Assembly (NCBI RefSeq): GCF_001194135.2
Contig: NC_068981.1
Coordinates: forward strand, 120,035,841 to 120,099,840
Source of the DNA: Octopus bimaculoides
Taxonomy: Eukaryota
Length of the DNA stretch: 64,000 nt
Direction: 5' to 3'
The translations under genes were made by a program, and so were the position numbers. Position 1 is the stretch's first letter, and each line of letters opens with the position of its first letter. The notes beneath the pieces were generated by a model. That model was not told the origin of the DNA, did not search any database, and saw only the letters and a list, made by a program, of their open reading frames with translations. Below, piece after piece: positions 13,091 to 27,524 of this stretch.

Positions 13091-14240
13091 ATCTTCATCA
13101 TTGTTTAACATCCGCTTTCCATGCTGGCATGAGTTGGACGGTTTAAGTGAGGACTGGCAAGCCAGGAGGCTGCACCAGGCTCCAATCTGATCTGGCAAGG
13201 TTTCTACAGCTGGATGCCCTACCTAATCCCAACCACTTTGAGAGTGTAGTAGGTGCGCTTTACATGCCACCAGCACGGGTGCCAGTCAGGCAGCACTGGC
13301 ATCAGCCATGACTATGATTTCACTTGGCTTGCCAGATCTTGAGCACAGCATATCTCCAAAGGTCTCAGTTGCTTGTCATTGCCTCTGTAAGGCCCAACAT
13401 TCGAAGGTCGTGCTTCACCACCTGATCCCAGGTCTTCCTCTTCCACTGGTTCCCTCCAGCTGTCATCATCCATACACACCACATGACCATACCATACCAG
13501 TGCAGTCGTCTGTGTTTCACACCACATCTGATGCTTATGTCCAACTTTTCTTTCAGTTGTGCATGCACACTGACATTACACATCCAGCAGAGCATACTAG
13601 CTTCATTTCTTTGAAGCCTACGCATGTCCTCAGCAGTCAAAGCCCATGTTTCACTGCCATGTAAGTAAGGCTGTTCACACACATGCATCATACAGTCTAC
13701 CTTTAACTCTGAGCGAGAGGCCCTTTGTTACCAGCAGAGGTAGGAGCTGAACTTTACCCAGGCTATTCTTATTCTAGCAGCTATGCTCTCAGGGCATCCA
13801 CCCCTGCTACTGATTTGGTCACCTAGGTAATGAAAGCTATCAACTACTAGTTTTACCCCATGATATGTGATGGAATCTGTATTCTGTATATCTTTGGTGT
13901 TTATTGTCCCTGTGCATCTGCTGCACAAAAACTATCTTCCCAGTTAACTTTCCTTTGATATTGCTGCACCTCATATGTGTCCAAAGCTTACACCGAGTAC
14001 ATCTTATGGAGTTTCTACCTACGCCTTTTCTACAGACTGAGCAGGGCTGTCTACCTGAAGGGATTTATGATTTGTCTGCCTTCCTACTTTGGTTTTTGCT
14101 AGGTTAACTCTAAGGCCCTTCGATTCTAGACTTTGCTTCCACACCTGAAACTTCTTCTCTAGTTCTGGTAGTGACTTAGCTATAAGAGCAAGGTCATCAG
14201 CAGCCTGTCTTGAATTCCTCTGTTATTGCCTGGAGGACTA
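13091..14240 (-). mobile_element. 5'-truncated RTE-clade LINE pseudo-ORF2 (RT C-terminal part, PHD finger, HGSETW, RRLHWYGH) plus 3' UTR
   Basis: Frameshifted translation ADDLALIAKSLPELEKKF...KTKV, CSVC...CTRC...H..C, SFHYLGDQIS, LHGSETWAL, GGNQWKRKTW; (GAT)n-like tail. Confidence 0.9.
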
Positions 14241-14278
14241 TGATAAATTTGTATGTGTGTATACACACACACACAGCA

Positions 14279-14380
14279 ATGGCTGTGTAAATGTAAGTAT
14301 GGTTGTGTGGTTAAAAAGTTAACTTCCCAAACATGTGATTTTGGGTTCAGTTCCACCAAGCAGCACTTTGGGAAAGTCTA
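14279..14380 (+). mobile_element. Family A SINE 5' fragment
   Basis: ggttgtgtggttaaaaag...gggttcagttcc...cactttgggaaagtcta. Confidence 0.6.
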
Positions 14381-15302
14381 CAAAAGTTACAAGTTTGCCA
14401 CAACTGTAATGCCTTTGACTATAAGTTCGTCTGATTATGATGAACCTAGACCTGAAGAACAAAAGTTGAACTTAACTTTTCAAATCTCTCTCTCTCTCAT
14501 TGATGTTATCAAGTGCAACTGCAAAATGAATTTATGATCAAACTGAAGATACTGCAAGTTTTGAAGTAGTTGTCTATACATATTCTCTTTCTCACTGACT
14601 TTAAAATGAATGATTCATCTTGCATCTGCTGGGCAGTAAATCTGCACAATAGTACCTAATTTTCTATTTCTACCTCAGACAACTATGCTGGAGATTTTGA
14701 TGCCAAAGTTTCAACCATGTTCTTGTGTTGGAATGTATTTGTGAACTCAATATTAGTAGTAGTTTTAATAATTATCTGTTTATGAAAATGTATATAATTT
14801 TAGCATAAATATGATACCATATAAAGTTATTATACCTTCATGGCATAATATAAAGTTATACCTTCATGGCAGAATAAAGATATACTTTCCTATCAATATT
14901 GACATCATTCTCAAGTTTACTAGAAAGATAGTTGTAAGTGCCCTTTTAATATGCAGACTTTTGTTGCAGTAGGCCTTTGTCACAGCAAAGGCTTGACAGT
15001 ATGTATTCATAATTTTTGAAAGTCTTTCATCAGTTTGTGCTACAAAAACATGAAAAGTTATATTGTAAAAGTATCCAGTATATTATAGTTCTGTAGGGTT
15101 TCTTGCATTATCTTAATAATATGGGTATTTCTATAAAGAACTATTTTTTATAACGCTTCGCTTTAAAAGCTACTAGACAAAGTATCGTTTTCAGGTTCAT
15201 GTCTTCTGTTTTTCTTTTTCTTCCATACCTACTTTCACACCTGTAATTATGAAGACCATTGGAACTGTGTTTGCATCTTCTTATTTTAACAAATTTCAAT
15301 TA

Positions 15303-15461
<159 letters not shown>

Positions 15462-17206
15462 TTAAAGAGAAACAAAAGAATAAATCAAATAAATGAAAAA
15501 TATTTTATTACATAGATCATTTCTCACTTACATAAAATAACATTTTCAACAATATATGAAGAAAAAACAGAAAACTTCTAAAGCCAAGTCATTATTCTCT
15601 AATAGCTTAACCATTCCAACTTCATTGCAATGAAAGCTAAAAATATTTGAAGCATATCTTCTGAATAGCAAACAGTAGCTAAATTATCTGGCTAAATGTC
15701 AAAGTAGAGCTACAATTTCAGCATACCACCAACCTATATTTAACAAGCATTTAACAAATTTTTAGCTTTAATTTTCCCTTTCTGAGAAGATGAAGGTTTA
15801 TTCAAAGATAATTCATGTAATTAAGCACATGATATATACTAATGGTAAGGTCATATTTTACACAGGAGAAAATAAGTTGAATGATAAAGGCTTTGACAGT
15901 TTATGTAGTTAATGTCTTCTGCTTGTTAATTTTATATCATTTGTTTTTTCTTTTATTGATAAACACTAGATTAGCTTGCAAAATTCAACATTAGCATGAA
16001 TTCCTATAACAGCACTTCACTGTTGTAGGACCATACTAATTGTCAAACAACTCTCCAAGAATTGCATAAACATAACACCTATATGTAGCTGAATATATTA
16101 AGCTAATAGACTAAGGTGTCTTATGCAATGCACAATATTATCTAATAAGGAAATGGTTTTGGAAAATGAATATTTACAACAAAATAGTGAACAAGAAACT
16201 AAGATAGTGATAACTCATAACTAACCTAACTGTTAAGAGTTTACTGCCAGTGTGTTCAGGGTTATTTGTTCTGAACTGGAAATAATTAGGATGGACACAG
16301 ATACACTCATGTATATGTGTACACACACACACAAAAGCGCACACACACACACACACACACAAAAGTCAACAACCGGAGTCATGACTAATGTTCATGATTT
16401 AAAATAACTGTTCCTTAAGTAGCTATCTAAGAATATAAATTAAGGAACTGTAGGAAAATGGAAACCAATGACAACCTTCTAATGAAGATTATATTCAACA
16501 TTTGCACACAGATGAATGAATAAATTTACAGTTACTATAACATTATAGAAATAAACAAGTTCCACCACTAGGGATTTGCAAAAGAACTAATACTGTTGCT
16601 TTTAATTGAAGTCTTTCTTCTAGACATATCATCTAATGTGTACTTTTGTAAAACAAAAGGATGTAATTTATGGAAGATTTGACTGCTATTTTAAGCACAC
16701 AAAGAGGTGAAACTCAGAACGACTAACTTAACCTGTGTATTTTATCCCACCCACAGGTCCATTAGTTCTCAAGTACTATTTTTCCTCCTCATTAATGACC
16801 TTATTAATCATCATTAAAACTATACTCTCTTAATTATAATGTTGCTCAAGAATGACCCAGCATTCAACATGACAACAAAGCTAAAAATTATGTAAGAAAA
16901 CTCACTCTTCTAATTTGGGAGAAGCTGTCTACTTAAGATACAATATATTATTACTTTTCACTCGCATTTCCAACAAGCACCACTCCCATATACTCCAAAT
17001 GGTAATAATTATTATTATTATTATTATTATTATTACTTTACAGAACTTGAAAATATGCCATTGAACAACGATGTTGCTTATCAAATGAGCTAGGTGTATT
17101 AATGATGGCATGAGCCTACTCCACCCAATTCAAACAGTGATTTATGCAATAGTTTTAATATAGAAGGAAATATATAACATATAACAAACAATGCCAACAA
17201 AGTATA

Positions 17207-17246
<40 letters not shown>
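17207..17246. repeat. (TG)n microsatellite
   Basis: Direct reading; similar (CA)n or (TA)n tracts at 1495-1520, 5768-5796, 6781-6815, 51677-51713, 56026-56058 and 62210-62265. Confidence 0.95.
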
Positions 17247-17247
<1 letters not shown>

Positions 17248-17407
17248 TGAGTGGTTGGCGTTAGGAAGGGCATCCAGCTGTAGAAACTCTGCCGAATTTA
17301 GATTGGGGCCTGGTGTTGCCATCCGGTTTCACCAGTCCTCAGTCAAGTCGTCCAACCCATGCTAGCATGGAAAGCAGACATTAAACGATGATGATGATGA
17401 TGATGAT
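17247..17407 (+). mobile_element. RTE 3' end fragment directly after (TG)n
   Basis: gagtggttggcgttaggaagggcatccagctg...ccatgctagcatggaaagc...(gat)n. Confidence 0.88.
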
Positions 17408-19214
17408 ATTATACAAAATTAGAATGATTGTAATCAGTCACACAGAATAAAGTATGACAAACTCATTAGTCACAAATAAAATTTCTAAAGTTTTCCAAAC
17501 TTTTCAGTACAACAGACAATACATATTGAATGGAGTAAAACAAAAATATTTTAAATGTGTATATATTCGTGTTTTGTTACTATAAATGTAAAGTATATTA
17601 ATTTTTTTTCTTTGCAGAAAGCACATCAAAGCACTGTTGTCAATATGGTGACAATGTACTTTCAAAAAATGTAGGCTGATTAAGACATTTGTGAAACTCA
17701 GCAGCTGAAACAGCAATCTAATTAGAATCCTGAAGATTAGAAAAACTAATTAACAATATCAAGCTAGTCACATTATATATTCCACCAATATTTACTGCTT
17801 TAGATCAGGATATATCTCAGTTGCAATATAGCATTTCAGCTTCAAAAACTTTTTTTTTTTTATCATACGAGGTCTAATTGAAATTAAAGCAAATACTGGA
17901 GAGAAATCAACTGTGCTATTGCTTAGAATGTGATATAAATGAATCCATAGCCCCAAATATCAATGGTACAACTGTGCAAATAACAACAGATCAAGACAAT
18001 ATATACCACGAGGAATTTTTATGAAAAGAAAATGTGATATTACAGAATATGTCATACATGTCACAATATATAGCTAGCTTTTGAATATAAAAGGTTGAGA
18101 ATATCATGGGAGAATTTAAGAAGGCAATTGTCAATGTTACTACATTTCTTAATCACATGTAAACCTGCTTTGTTTTCTTTTTATAACAATGATTTCACAA
18201 ATAGTAAATTGGTTCTCATTGTTACAAAAACAAACACATCATTGATACAGATGACAGAAAGGTATGGCCAACACTTCTGCAGAGTGATAGCATAACATAT
18301 AAAATTAAAATTTTTTTAAATTAAAAAACCCCAGAGTCTAGTCTACATGAGCAGCAAAAACAATATTTGTCATACACAAAATACACCATACCAAAGCCGA
18401 ATACATTTATATTTAACATGTTCATGTACACTCAGATATAGTAATAACCTTTGCAATGGTAACTATCTCAAAACAAAAGTTAGTGTCTTTAATTCTAGCT
18501 TAACAGAGCTTTGCACACACCAGCAAATTTATTATTTGCTGTTTACCTGTAAGAACAGCAGTTCTTGGTGGGCTATGAAAGACAGATTCAGTACCTATAG
18601 CTGATGAAGTGTAATAATGCAGAATAACATCATTCATAGTTCACCTCATTATGTTTTCGTACTGTCTATAAGAAGAATTTTTCTTGAGGGTGTTACCACA
18701 GTGAAGGTCTTTCTATGATCCTGTGTACATGAATGTGTTAAATATAGGTGTACACAGCTTTGTTTTCATCATCACTGCTTAGTGTGCCTTAAATTAATAC
18801 ATCATCTCACTAAATATATTTAAAAACATTATAGTAACTTCTTAAAAAAAATAAACTTCAACATGTAGACTGTTCACCAGACAGCACATAAACCTGACAT
18901 CATTCTTACACCACAAAAATGGCAATAGTATATTAATAATCACATTCATAGCTGCACAACTAGAATAGGCAATCAAAGACATTAACAAATTACTTATCTA
19001 TGTAGATAGTCACATTCCAGAAAATGTAACTACTAGTGCCTGTAAATACTAGAGTATTTTCACAAAACACTTATTAACCTTGAATATTTGTAAGCATTTT
19101 TCCCAAGAACACCCAATCACTTTTTTATGGAAAAAGAATTCTCTCGATGTATTTCACATCATGCATAATAATGACAATGATATATAATTTAGGCCAAAGA
19201 CCATTAATTTTGAA

Positions 19215-19580
19215 GAGAGGAGATTTAGTCAATTACATCAACTGCAATACTTTACTAGAACTTTATTTTATGAGCCATGATAAGATGAAGATGAACCCAG
19301 TGAAATTTGAACTCAGAACATAAAGAATCGGAAGCAATGCACTAAGTATTTTATCTGATGTGATAGTGGTTCTACCACCCTTAATTGTTTCAGAAACTCA
19401 GAATATAAAGAACTGGAAGAAGTGCTGCTAAGCATTTTATCCAATGCACTAATGATTGTGGTAAAAGGCCAGCGATTTTGAAGGGAGGGTACTAGTCGAT
19501 ACTATTGACCCCAGTTTTGACTGGTACTTTGTTTTATCAACCTCAAAGGAATGAAAGGCAAAGTTAGTTTTGACAGGATT
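19215..19580 (-). mobile_element. Two to three nested or tandem family B SINE fragments
   Basis: Repeated tttgaactcagaa...gcattt and ctggtact...gaaaggcaaag motifs. Confidence 0.7.
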
Positions 19581-22500
19581 TTAATTTGGAAACAATTCAC
19601 CTAAAATCTTGAACTATTAAAATCCTTGTAACTAGGTTTCAGTGACTACAACTACCAAACTAGCTGACAATAGAAATCAAGTTAACACTCTAAAATTCAA
19701 TCTGCCCCAACTACTAAAAATCAGAATCTAAGAAAAATACTAAAAAGATCTACAACATTTGACATAAATCCAACAACAAAACTATAATGATTTCTATTAG
19801 CTGTCTTTCAGCAGAGAATAACTGCCAAAAATGTTTCTTATAAAACTTGGTATATCTATCAATTTATTGAAAATCCAACAATTAGCAGTGATGGTCTGGA
19901 TAAAATCATAACCATTAAGTAAACAAGTACTAACATATAATATTGTTCATACTTATCAAAATGATCGACCTTTAATGTGTGCCTCATGTGTTCAACTTGG
20001 GGGCTTGCAACAGTTAGTGTAGAACTTGACAAAAACTAACTAGGTTCTTTGATTAAAGCATTATCATAGTCTACAAATGTACATCTGAACTTTAAATGTT
20101 AAGTAAAAGGATTGCATGATAATCTATAATGAAAGAATATAACCACATAATGCAGAATCCAGTCACCATCATCAACAATATATAATATATTTGACAAAGC
20201 AATATTCGATTGTGAATAATAGAATATTCATAATATATTTGTAAAGCTAAAATATATTATGTCAGTCATGCAATCTATTAAACTACATATCTAATGAAAT
20301 ACTATAGGCATTAGCTTAACAAAATTTATATTGGTATAAATAGTAATTTTAAAAAAAATTTTGATATTATACCAGAAAGAAGAAAAAATTGATTTTATCC
20401 TGTGATGCAGAGAAGCAGTTAAAAGAAGGCCTTAGAGTAAAAATGTGGCACAAGTGAAAACCAAAGATCCATTCCTAACTCACATAAACCCATATAGTTG
20501 GAGGAGAGTATAGTCAATTTCATTAACCCCAAGAGTTTATTAGGACTTCAAAAAGATGAAAATGGATTGTAACTAAATACTACAAGGCATTTCGTCATAG
20601 TCATTATAATTTCTGATTCTACTACTCACAGCCATTTTCATAATATTTTTTTACTAAGAAAAGTAATGTAATAGTAGTTGTTATAATGTGAAAAAAAAAA
20701 TCCATTTTGTTCTTAATATCTTCAGATAAAAAGAAATAAACAAGTAGAAAATAAAGCTATATATTGAAATGCAACAGGATTATCAACTTGATAATAGCAA
20801 TGAAAAGCTTATGCTAAAATACTAGTGTTTGTATAGCAAACAGTGATTCATCTGTTAGGTTGTGTAGTACGCTAGATGAGTCACAAGGGTTTCAGTAAGA
20901 AACAAGCAGTAATCATAGAGAATGGTAGACAACAGCAGCAAATAAAAAGGATTTAGATATTGCCAATTTTATCAAACAATTTCAAAACATGTCGTCTACT
21001 ACTACTACAGATGCTTCTAGTAATAACAACTACAAAAATATAATCAATAAATAACATGAACAGAGTACAATAAAGGAGGTGCTAAACAAGTAGGAAACAA
21101 ATTGCAAAGGAAGCAATCATGACAGAAGCAAAAAATTTTAATAACTTTTTATTTTGGTAGTATTCATGAACTATTTCTATCATTGATAAAAATGATTATT
21201 TTAGAAACTGATTTTTCTATAGAAACATCTCATTTGAATACCTTGTGTTAAATCATTAATTCTACAATCCAGCACACACACCCAATTGCATAGAGAGCAA
21301 TGGAAAATTATTCTATTTTTATTATTTATCATTAATATAAAAATGGAGAATTGACAGAAACAATAGAGCAAAAATGCCTTGCTGTCAAATCAAACTGAGG
21401 TTGACTATGAGGTTGATAAAAGAAAGTACTCAACGATAGAAGTAGATTTAATCAATTATCCACCACACCAAACTTTTAGCCTTATTACAAACAATTATCT
21501 ACATTACAAACAAATATGAGGATAAAAAAAAATTGAGGTGGATGGAAGGTTGGGCTAATAAAATAAAATATCTTGTGGTATTTAATTAAACTCTGAGTTC
21601 AAATCCTATCATTGCCTTTCATCCTTCTGGGGTTGATAAAAATTGGTACTATTTAGTCAATAACAATATTTCGGAAAGTTTGTAATTCCATTTTTGGAGA
21701 TGATCTTTTTGGGATATGACCATACTGTTTCTTGAAGGTGGGGACTTGATGGTAGCTAGATTTTTCAAAACAGAGCTAGCTAATACTAGACATGATTATT
21801 TTTTTTTAACATATGACATTATTTTCAGCCGTCTAAATCTTGTTAAAGTATTTTCTAGAAGTGCTTGGTACTGAGGTACTAGTCTTGCTCATGTATATAA
21901 GAGTGATTGGCAACGCAAAACCACTTCTGCTACTATTAATGTCTTTATGATTCCTACACTAGCTCAATCTTTCACCAACTTTTTATTATTTCACATTTTC
22001 CCAATAATACAAGTCTGTGGCCTATTTGAACCTCTTTCATTTCCATTAGACTTCTAATATCAAAAACATCACTACACTTTTTTGATTCTTTCAGATCAAA
22101 CTTACTCTCAATCAAACTGCCCCAAATCCATACACTTAATTCCATTTAATTTGGCAAATGACACTACTCAATCATTTGAGACTAACTCTTAGTCACAACT
22201 ATAGCTTCCACATTGTGACTAACATTAGTAATAAAGTGGCAAAAATGGTAGACCACACACTAACATCCTGTAATATATCTTGAGTTAAAATTCCAACATT
22301 TTTGGGGAATTTTTTTTTTTTTTTTTGTAGAAGACAACTGCTGGAAATTATACTTCTTCCTGACAAATGTTTGGTTTTGTGATAAGGTAACAAATCAATA
22401 ATATGAATAAATGTCCCAATACATGGTATACCTCTGCCAAGGCTGACCATGACCATTGCCTCTTGCATTATTGATGAAATAGCATCAAATATGACTGGTG

Positions 22501-25366
22501 TTTGCTAAGGTGAGAGTAGCAGGCTCTATTATAACAGTCATAGGTGTGGCTGGTTACTAAGCACTTAATTCAGAGTGGATTTCCATCGAGATCTTCATTC
22601 TTTAAACAGTTTCTGAAGCTGCTGTTGTTGTCAGCAGTCTTCCAGCACTCATAATGATATATAGCTCCCCATGATTGTAAGAGTTACCATATAACTATGA
22701 TCCATAAATGATATATAAAGTATGTGTATATGAGTATAATGTGGGAAATAAACAAAAAAGTATGATGTTTTTAGACAAATGTTTTAATGGATGTCTACAA
22801 GTAGTTATATTTTTTTCCATTCTTTTAACTCAAATCTCTATAAAAATCTATATACAAAAATATACACACACAAATATATAGTAAAGATGCATGGCCTAAT
22901 TTTTAATATGATCAGTTCGCAATCACAATGTTGTGGTCCCATTCCTGGATTAGGCAGCAAATTGTATCCTTAAGCAAATCACTTCATTTCACATTGGTTG
23001 CCCCAGTCTACTCAGCTAAAAAGGAGTTCCAACTGTCCTGGTACAGCTCTTTTTCTTCATTAATCAAAATATAATTTGTTCTCCAATTTTCTGATAGATT
23101 TAACTGTTTTATTACACTCATCAGCATATATTGGAGGAATATTGTTCTTAATGAACTGTGTCAAGGCAGAAAGGACAACTTTGGGAGTCTAGCACAACCT
23201 AACTACATCATCATCTATTATTATTTCAAATCCTACATCATTTGCCAGTGACACACTACCTTACATAAGTTGATGTTGACTTTCAGCCCACTTAATACCT
23301 CTGAAACTATATGGAATAAGAGATCTCTTGCTTGAAAAACAGATAAGGATTAGCATTAGGAAAGGCATTCAGCTGTAAATATTATGTTAATAACATATTT
23401 GTCTGACCTATACAAGAGGACATATAAACAAATGACAAGACACACAAACATATATATACGCATATACAACTCTATTGAACATTAGACAATGCTTATTTTG
23501 CACATACAAGTAGTCAAATGTAAGTAATGTTAAATTATTTAATGATAAGTACATAACTTATCCAAGGAAAGTATGGAAGTGGTTATGAATAAAGTCATAG
23601 CTTTAATTTTGTACTTTATTTTTTGACTATTGTCAACCACTCAACCCTGCAGTGTATTGTTATACATATTTTTAGTAGAGTTGGAAAAAAAAAACACGAA
23701 ATAAAAATGTCCATACTGAAAAACAGTCCGTAAATTAAAAAGAACATTCCTCCCATCCCATAAGCTCTTTTGTTTGTTAAGATGTTACAAATGCATAAAG
23801 TAAAACAAGTTTTCCAACTTGCTATGTTTATTTTAAGTTTATCAAGAATATGTGAATTACTTAATGAGAGCCAAGAGAATATGTTGTCTGGTATCAGTAA
23901 AAGGTCACTCCCACTCAAAAACCCTTAATTATACAGAAGTAATGTGAGAAGTATCAGTCTGCTCAATTTTTCTGATACCAACATGTCTCAGATTGCTTCT
24001 ATTTCTATGATGCAAAACTGCTTGTTTTATAGCATTTATATTTATATTAAAACCTTCCATCATAATTTCAGGTAACAACTTTTTGTCAACTCATGTTCCA
24101 ATCATCAGTTTAATACTGAAAAGTTTAAAAATCATTTGGAACACAGACAATGTATTATTCCACTAGAAATATGGTAACGAAAGGGCTAACACAGCTGTTG
24201 CTATGATTTAATTTCTTGTTTATGACTGGGAGAGCTTTAATCATTAGCAGAGAGGTTCATATGAACCAGAATGTCACAGGAGAGAAGTGCATTCATGACA
24301 ACAAGGCATGGTGATAGTAAATAAAAAAAAATAAAAAATAAAAAAATGAAGTATTACTTTAAAAGGTTGTTAAGTGAGGAACATAAGTGGAACAAAAATA
24401 AAAACTACTTCAAGTGAAACTATCAGAAACACCAATTATAAATATTTGTTCAAGAATTGAACATGACCACTAGGTAATCTGCAAATCCACCAGGATTTTT
24501 GTAGAAATGCATTGAAAAACTATAGAGACATTATATATTTAGAAAAAGTTGCCAAAGGCAAAAGAGTCAACATGACAAGGAACGAAGTAGTAATTAATAA
24601 TATAAAATCCCAAAATTGCTTTGCTTGATATGTAGGAAGGGAGCAGGTGTAAATTTAATACTATGCGATCAGTTCAAGTTAATGGATTCCCCACAAACTA
24701 ATCCAGAGGTGTTAGAATGTAAAAGTAATTAGCAACAAGAATAGTCACAAAATGAAATCTATAAACTGCCTATATGGCTTGCTATATAGTTTCTATTAAG
24801 TGACTTCATAAAAGCCAAAGGAAGTTATGACAAAAATATAATAGCAAGAAAAAGAAAATTGTTGAAATTCAGTTTCACCACCAGTAGTAACCAAACATCT
24901 CTCTCTCTCTCTCTCTCTCTCTCTCCTTATGTAAAGAGCAGTTGTATGATGAATGTACAGGAAGAAAAAAAATTCCACTGCATTGATAACATTGCCTATA
25001 CAACTGATTAACTCATTTCTCTTCAGCTTCTGAACCACATGTTTCATTAGAATAGCATTCTCAAACATTTTTCTTTCTTTCTTTCTTTTTTTTTGTCAAA
25101 GATTATTTAAAAAGAAACAGCATTTCTCACTAACTGATAAATTTAATATCAAATAGGAATTTTGTAAATTTATCAGCTGAAACTACATCTTGGACAATAT
25201 TTTGTCTCATTCTGATAAAGATCCGATAATTCAACTTGCATAAAGAACAAGTAATGCTTGAACTCAGGACCTTAACATCAACACTTTGTTAACTAAGCAA
25301 GGGTGCATTGAAAAAATGAAGACATTATTTTAAAAGTGGATACATTTAAAAGATTATTCTACTTAC

Positions 25367-25454
25367 CAGCAACAATGGGTTGAGCACCAACATTGTACAC
25401 ATATTCTTGTGATACATTAGGCTTCAAAACCTTGTCAAATACAAATACTTTCCC
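25367..25454 (-). CDS. Khc: Khc exon 2 (88 nt, GKVFVFDKVLKPNVSQEYVYNVGAQPIVA)
   Basis: Acceptor TTGTAG|GGG, donor G|GTAAGT; not in the ORF track, found by reading the minus strand. Confidence 0.96.
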
Positions 25455-25761
25455 CTACAAAAGAAGAAAAATACAAAAAATTAGTTTCCAAGGAATAACT
25501 TTATTTCACACAGTTTTAAATACAAATGGACTGTCATGACTGAATTCATTTAGTTTTTAGTTAAAGGTATTACAAATCATATCATATGAATATTAGAGGA
25601 TTACAATCTCAAAACAACTCAAAAGAATTTAAATAATATTCACCAATAGCCAAATTAATTCTGTCTTCTTTAAAGTCAGTAATCTAACAAACTTAGTGCT
25701 AACAAGGATAATAAATACCACTCTAGAGCTTATGAAGTTAAGTTACTCATGATAGGGCTCT

Positions 25762-25915
25762 TTAACCCTTTAGCAATATCCAGCCCAAATATTCTACCTG
25801 TTTTATGTTCAAACTGATTGATTTGGCCTCTACAGCCTTATTTTAAAAATATACAATCACATGAAAATCTCAAAGCTATTTGACAGAGTAATATGAATGA
25901 ATGCTAAAGGGTTAG
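25762..25915. mobile_element. piggyBac-like MITE (TTAA-CCCTTTAGCA...TGCTAAAGGG-TTAG)
   Basis: Terminal inverted repeats with TTAA-type ends; related copies at 27107-27305 and 38766-39029. Confidence 0.7.
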
Positions 25916-26765
25916 AATACACAAACACAGTAACAGCAGTCATTTAAAAAAAACCTTTGCTGTTCTCTCATTTGTTATGTTCAGTAAACATGAAGTACAA
26001 AATTAAGAATAGGTGGCACAATGTAGTTCCAAGTTCAGATCCAGCATGGTCATCATCTCAATGAAAATAAATGGCAATAATCTGTTGTATGAAAAGAAGT
26101 ACACATGCTCCCTTTTCTACATATCACTTTTAATGGGAGAAACTTCAAATTATGCCAAACTATGGAGACCAAATTTGCCTTCTTTAACTACCATTAAAAC
26201 AAATTTTGTGATTATAAATTTAATATCTGCATATCAATTTCCACACACACATTTTTACTCATTCTTTTCTTTCTTCCTCTGTTCAGGTTTAAATCCATTT
26301 TCTGATGGTTACAAACCAATTTTTACATAGAGTAGCAATTGTACTATAAAAAAAAATATATAAATAAAATATTTTAAAAAACCTGCCCTCGGAATAATTT
26401 TCTAGTTTGTGTAATATTTAATTTTGTCTGATGTGTTCTTTACACCCTGCCATTTTAAGATGACGGTGTAATTTTTGGAAAATTTGGTTAATATATCTAG
26501 CAGGTCAAGCAATGGCACAGGTCTTTTTTTTCTGTTGGTTTAAAGAATTTGAGTGTTATTTAAATCAGGTCAACCTCAATCAAACATATTTATGTTGAAA
26601 GGTGTTGATAGTAGCATGTAATTTGAGTGAGATTTGTTTGCTCTTTACAATAAGTTGAGAGACAATTTAGAAGCTTCTGAGAACACCAAGACCAGTCAAT
26701 ATACATTGTTCAGCAGCAATACAGTAGAAAACAACCATTCCTCTTTCTATTTTATTTCCTGAGCA

Positions 26766-27101
26766 CAGGGGTTCTCAACCATTTTTTATCTATGGACCTC
26801 TTTGATTGCTATTTTATTCTGGTGGATCCCCCAATCCATAGCCATTTGATGTTTAAAAACTAGTTTTATAGAGACTTCTTTCAAAATTCCTATTTTGTTT
26901 ATGATTGGTTAACTTGTGTAGGTTGAACTATGTAAACTGTTAGAGAAAGTAGCCTAGTTGTTTCTTGCCATAAATACCAATACATACATCTAAAGCAAAT
27001 CTCTTTCAGGTGCCCATAAAGTACTACTGTGGATCCCCAATTTACTATTTTATTGCATGGACCCCCAAAAATCTTATATGGACTCCAACTGAGAACCACT
27101 G
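26766..27101. mobile_element. hAT-like non-autonomous element
   Basis: Ends caggggttctcaac / ctgagaaccactg are imperfect TIRs of the CAG(G/T)GGTTCTCA type; no clear 8-bp TSD. Confidence 0.55.
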
Positions 27102-27106
27102 CTTAT

Positions 27107-27305
27107 TAGTCTTTTAGAATTTACACCAGCCATATCCAAACAAAATATTCTACCCCTGTTTTATGTCCAAACTGACCAGATCTAGCTTCTCAAACAACTC
27201 TACAATGTCATTCTAAAATATAGTCATATCATTGAAATCTCAGAGCTACAAGATAATACATGAGTGATTACGTTTGACAAAGTAATCTGACTGCTAAAGG
27301 GTTAA
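27107..27305. mobile_element. Same MITE family, degenerate left end
   Basis: Shared internal sequence; right end tgctaaagggttaa. Confidence 0.65.
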
Positions 27306-27524
27306 AGAAATTAGAGGTAATAAGGAGGCGTAACAAATGGTGGAAGGAAGGACAGGCAGAATTTTGGTTACAAATCTAGATATACTTACATTAACATTGT
27401 TATAATATGAAATAGATAAATTGATTGATAGACAGGCATGTGCACAAGTGACTGCATGGTTAAGTTCACTTCCTGCTATGTAGCACCTTAAACAAGTGTA
27501 TTTTACTAGTCAACCATAGCAGTC

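Noticed and set aside
15696-15715. Possible ECS for exon 3 (ATGTC..AGT..GCTACAA)
   Set aside because: Only 5+3+7 nt blocks with gaps, which is expected by chance in AT-rich introns.
22180-22700. Higher-complexity stretch with an 89-aa minus ORF in intron 2
   Set aside because: No recognisable domain or splice-consistent frame; probably an ancient TE relic.
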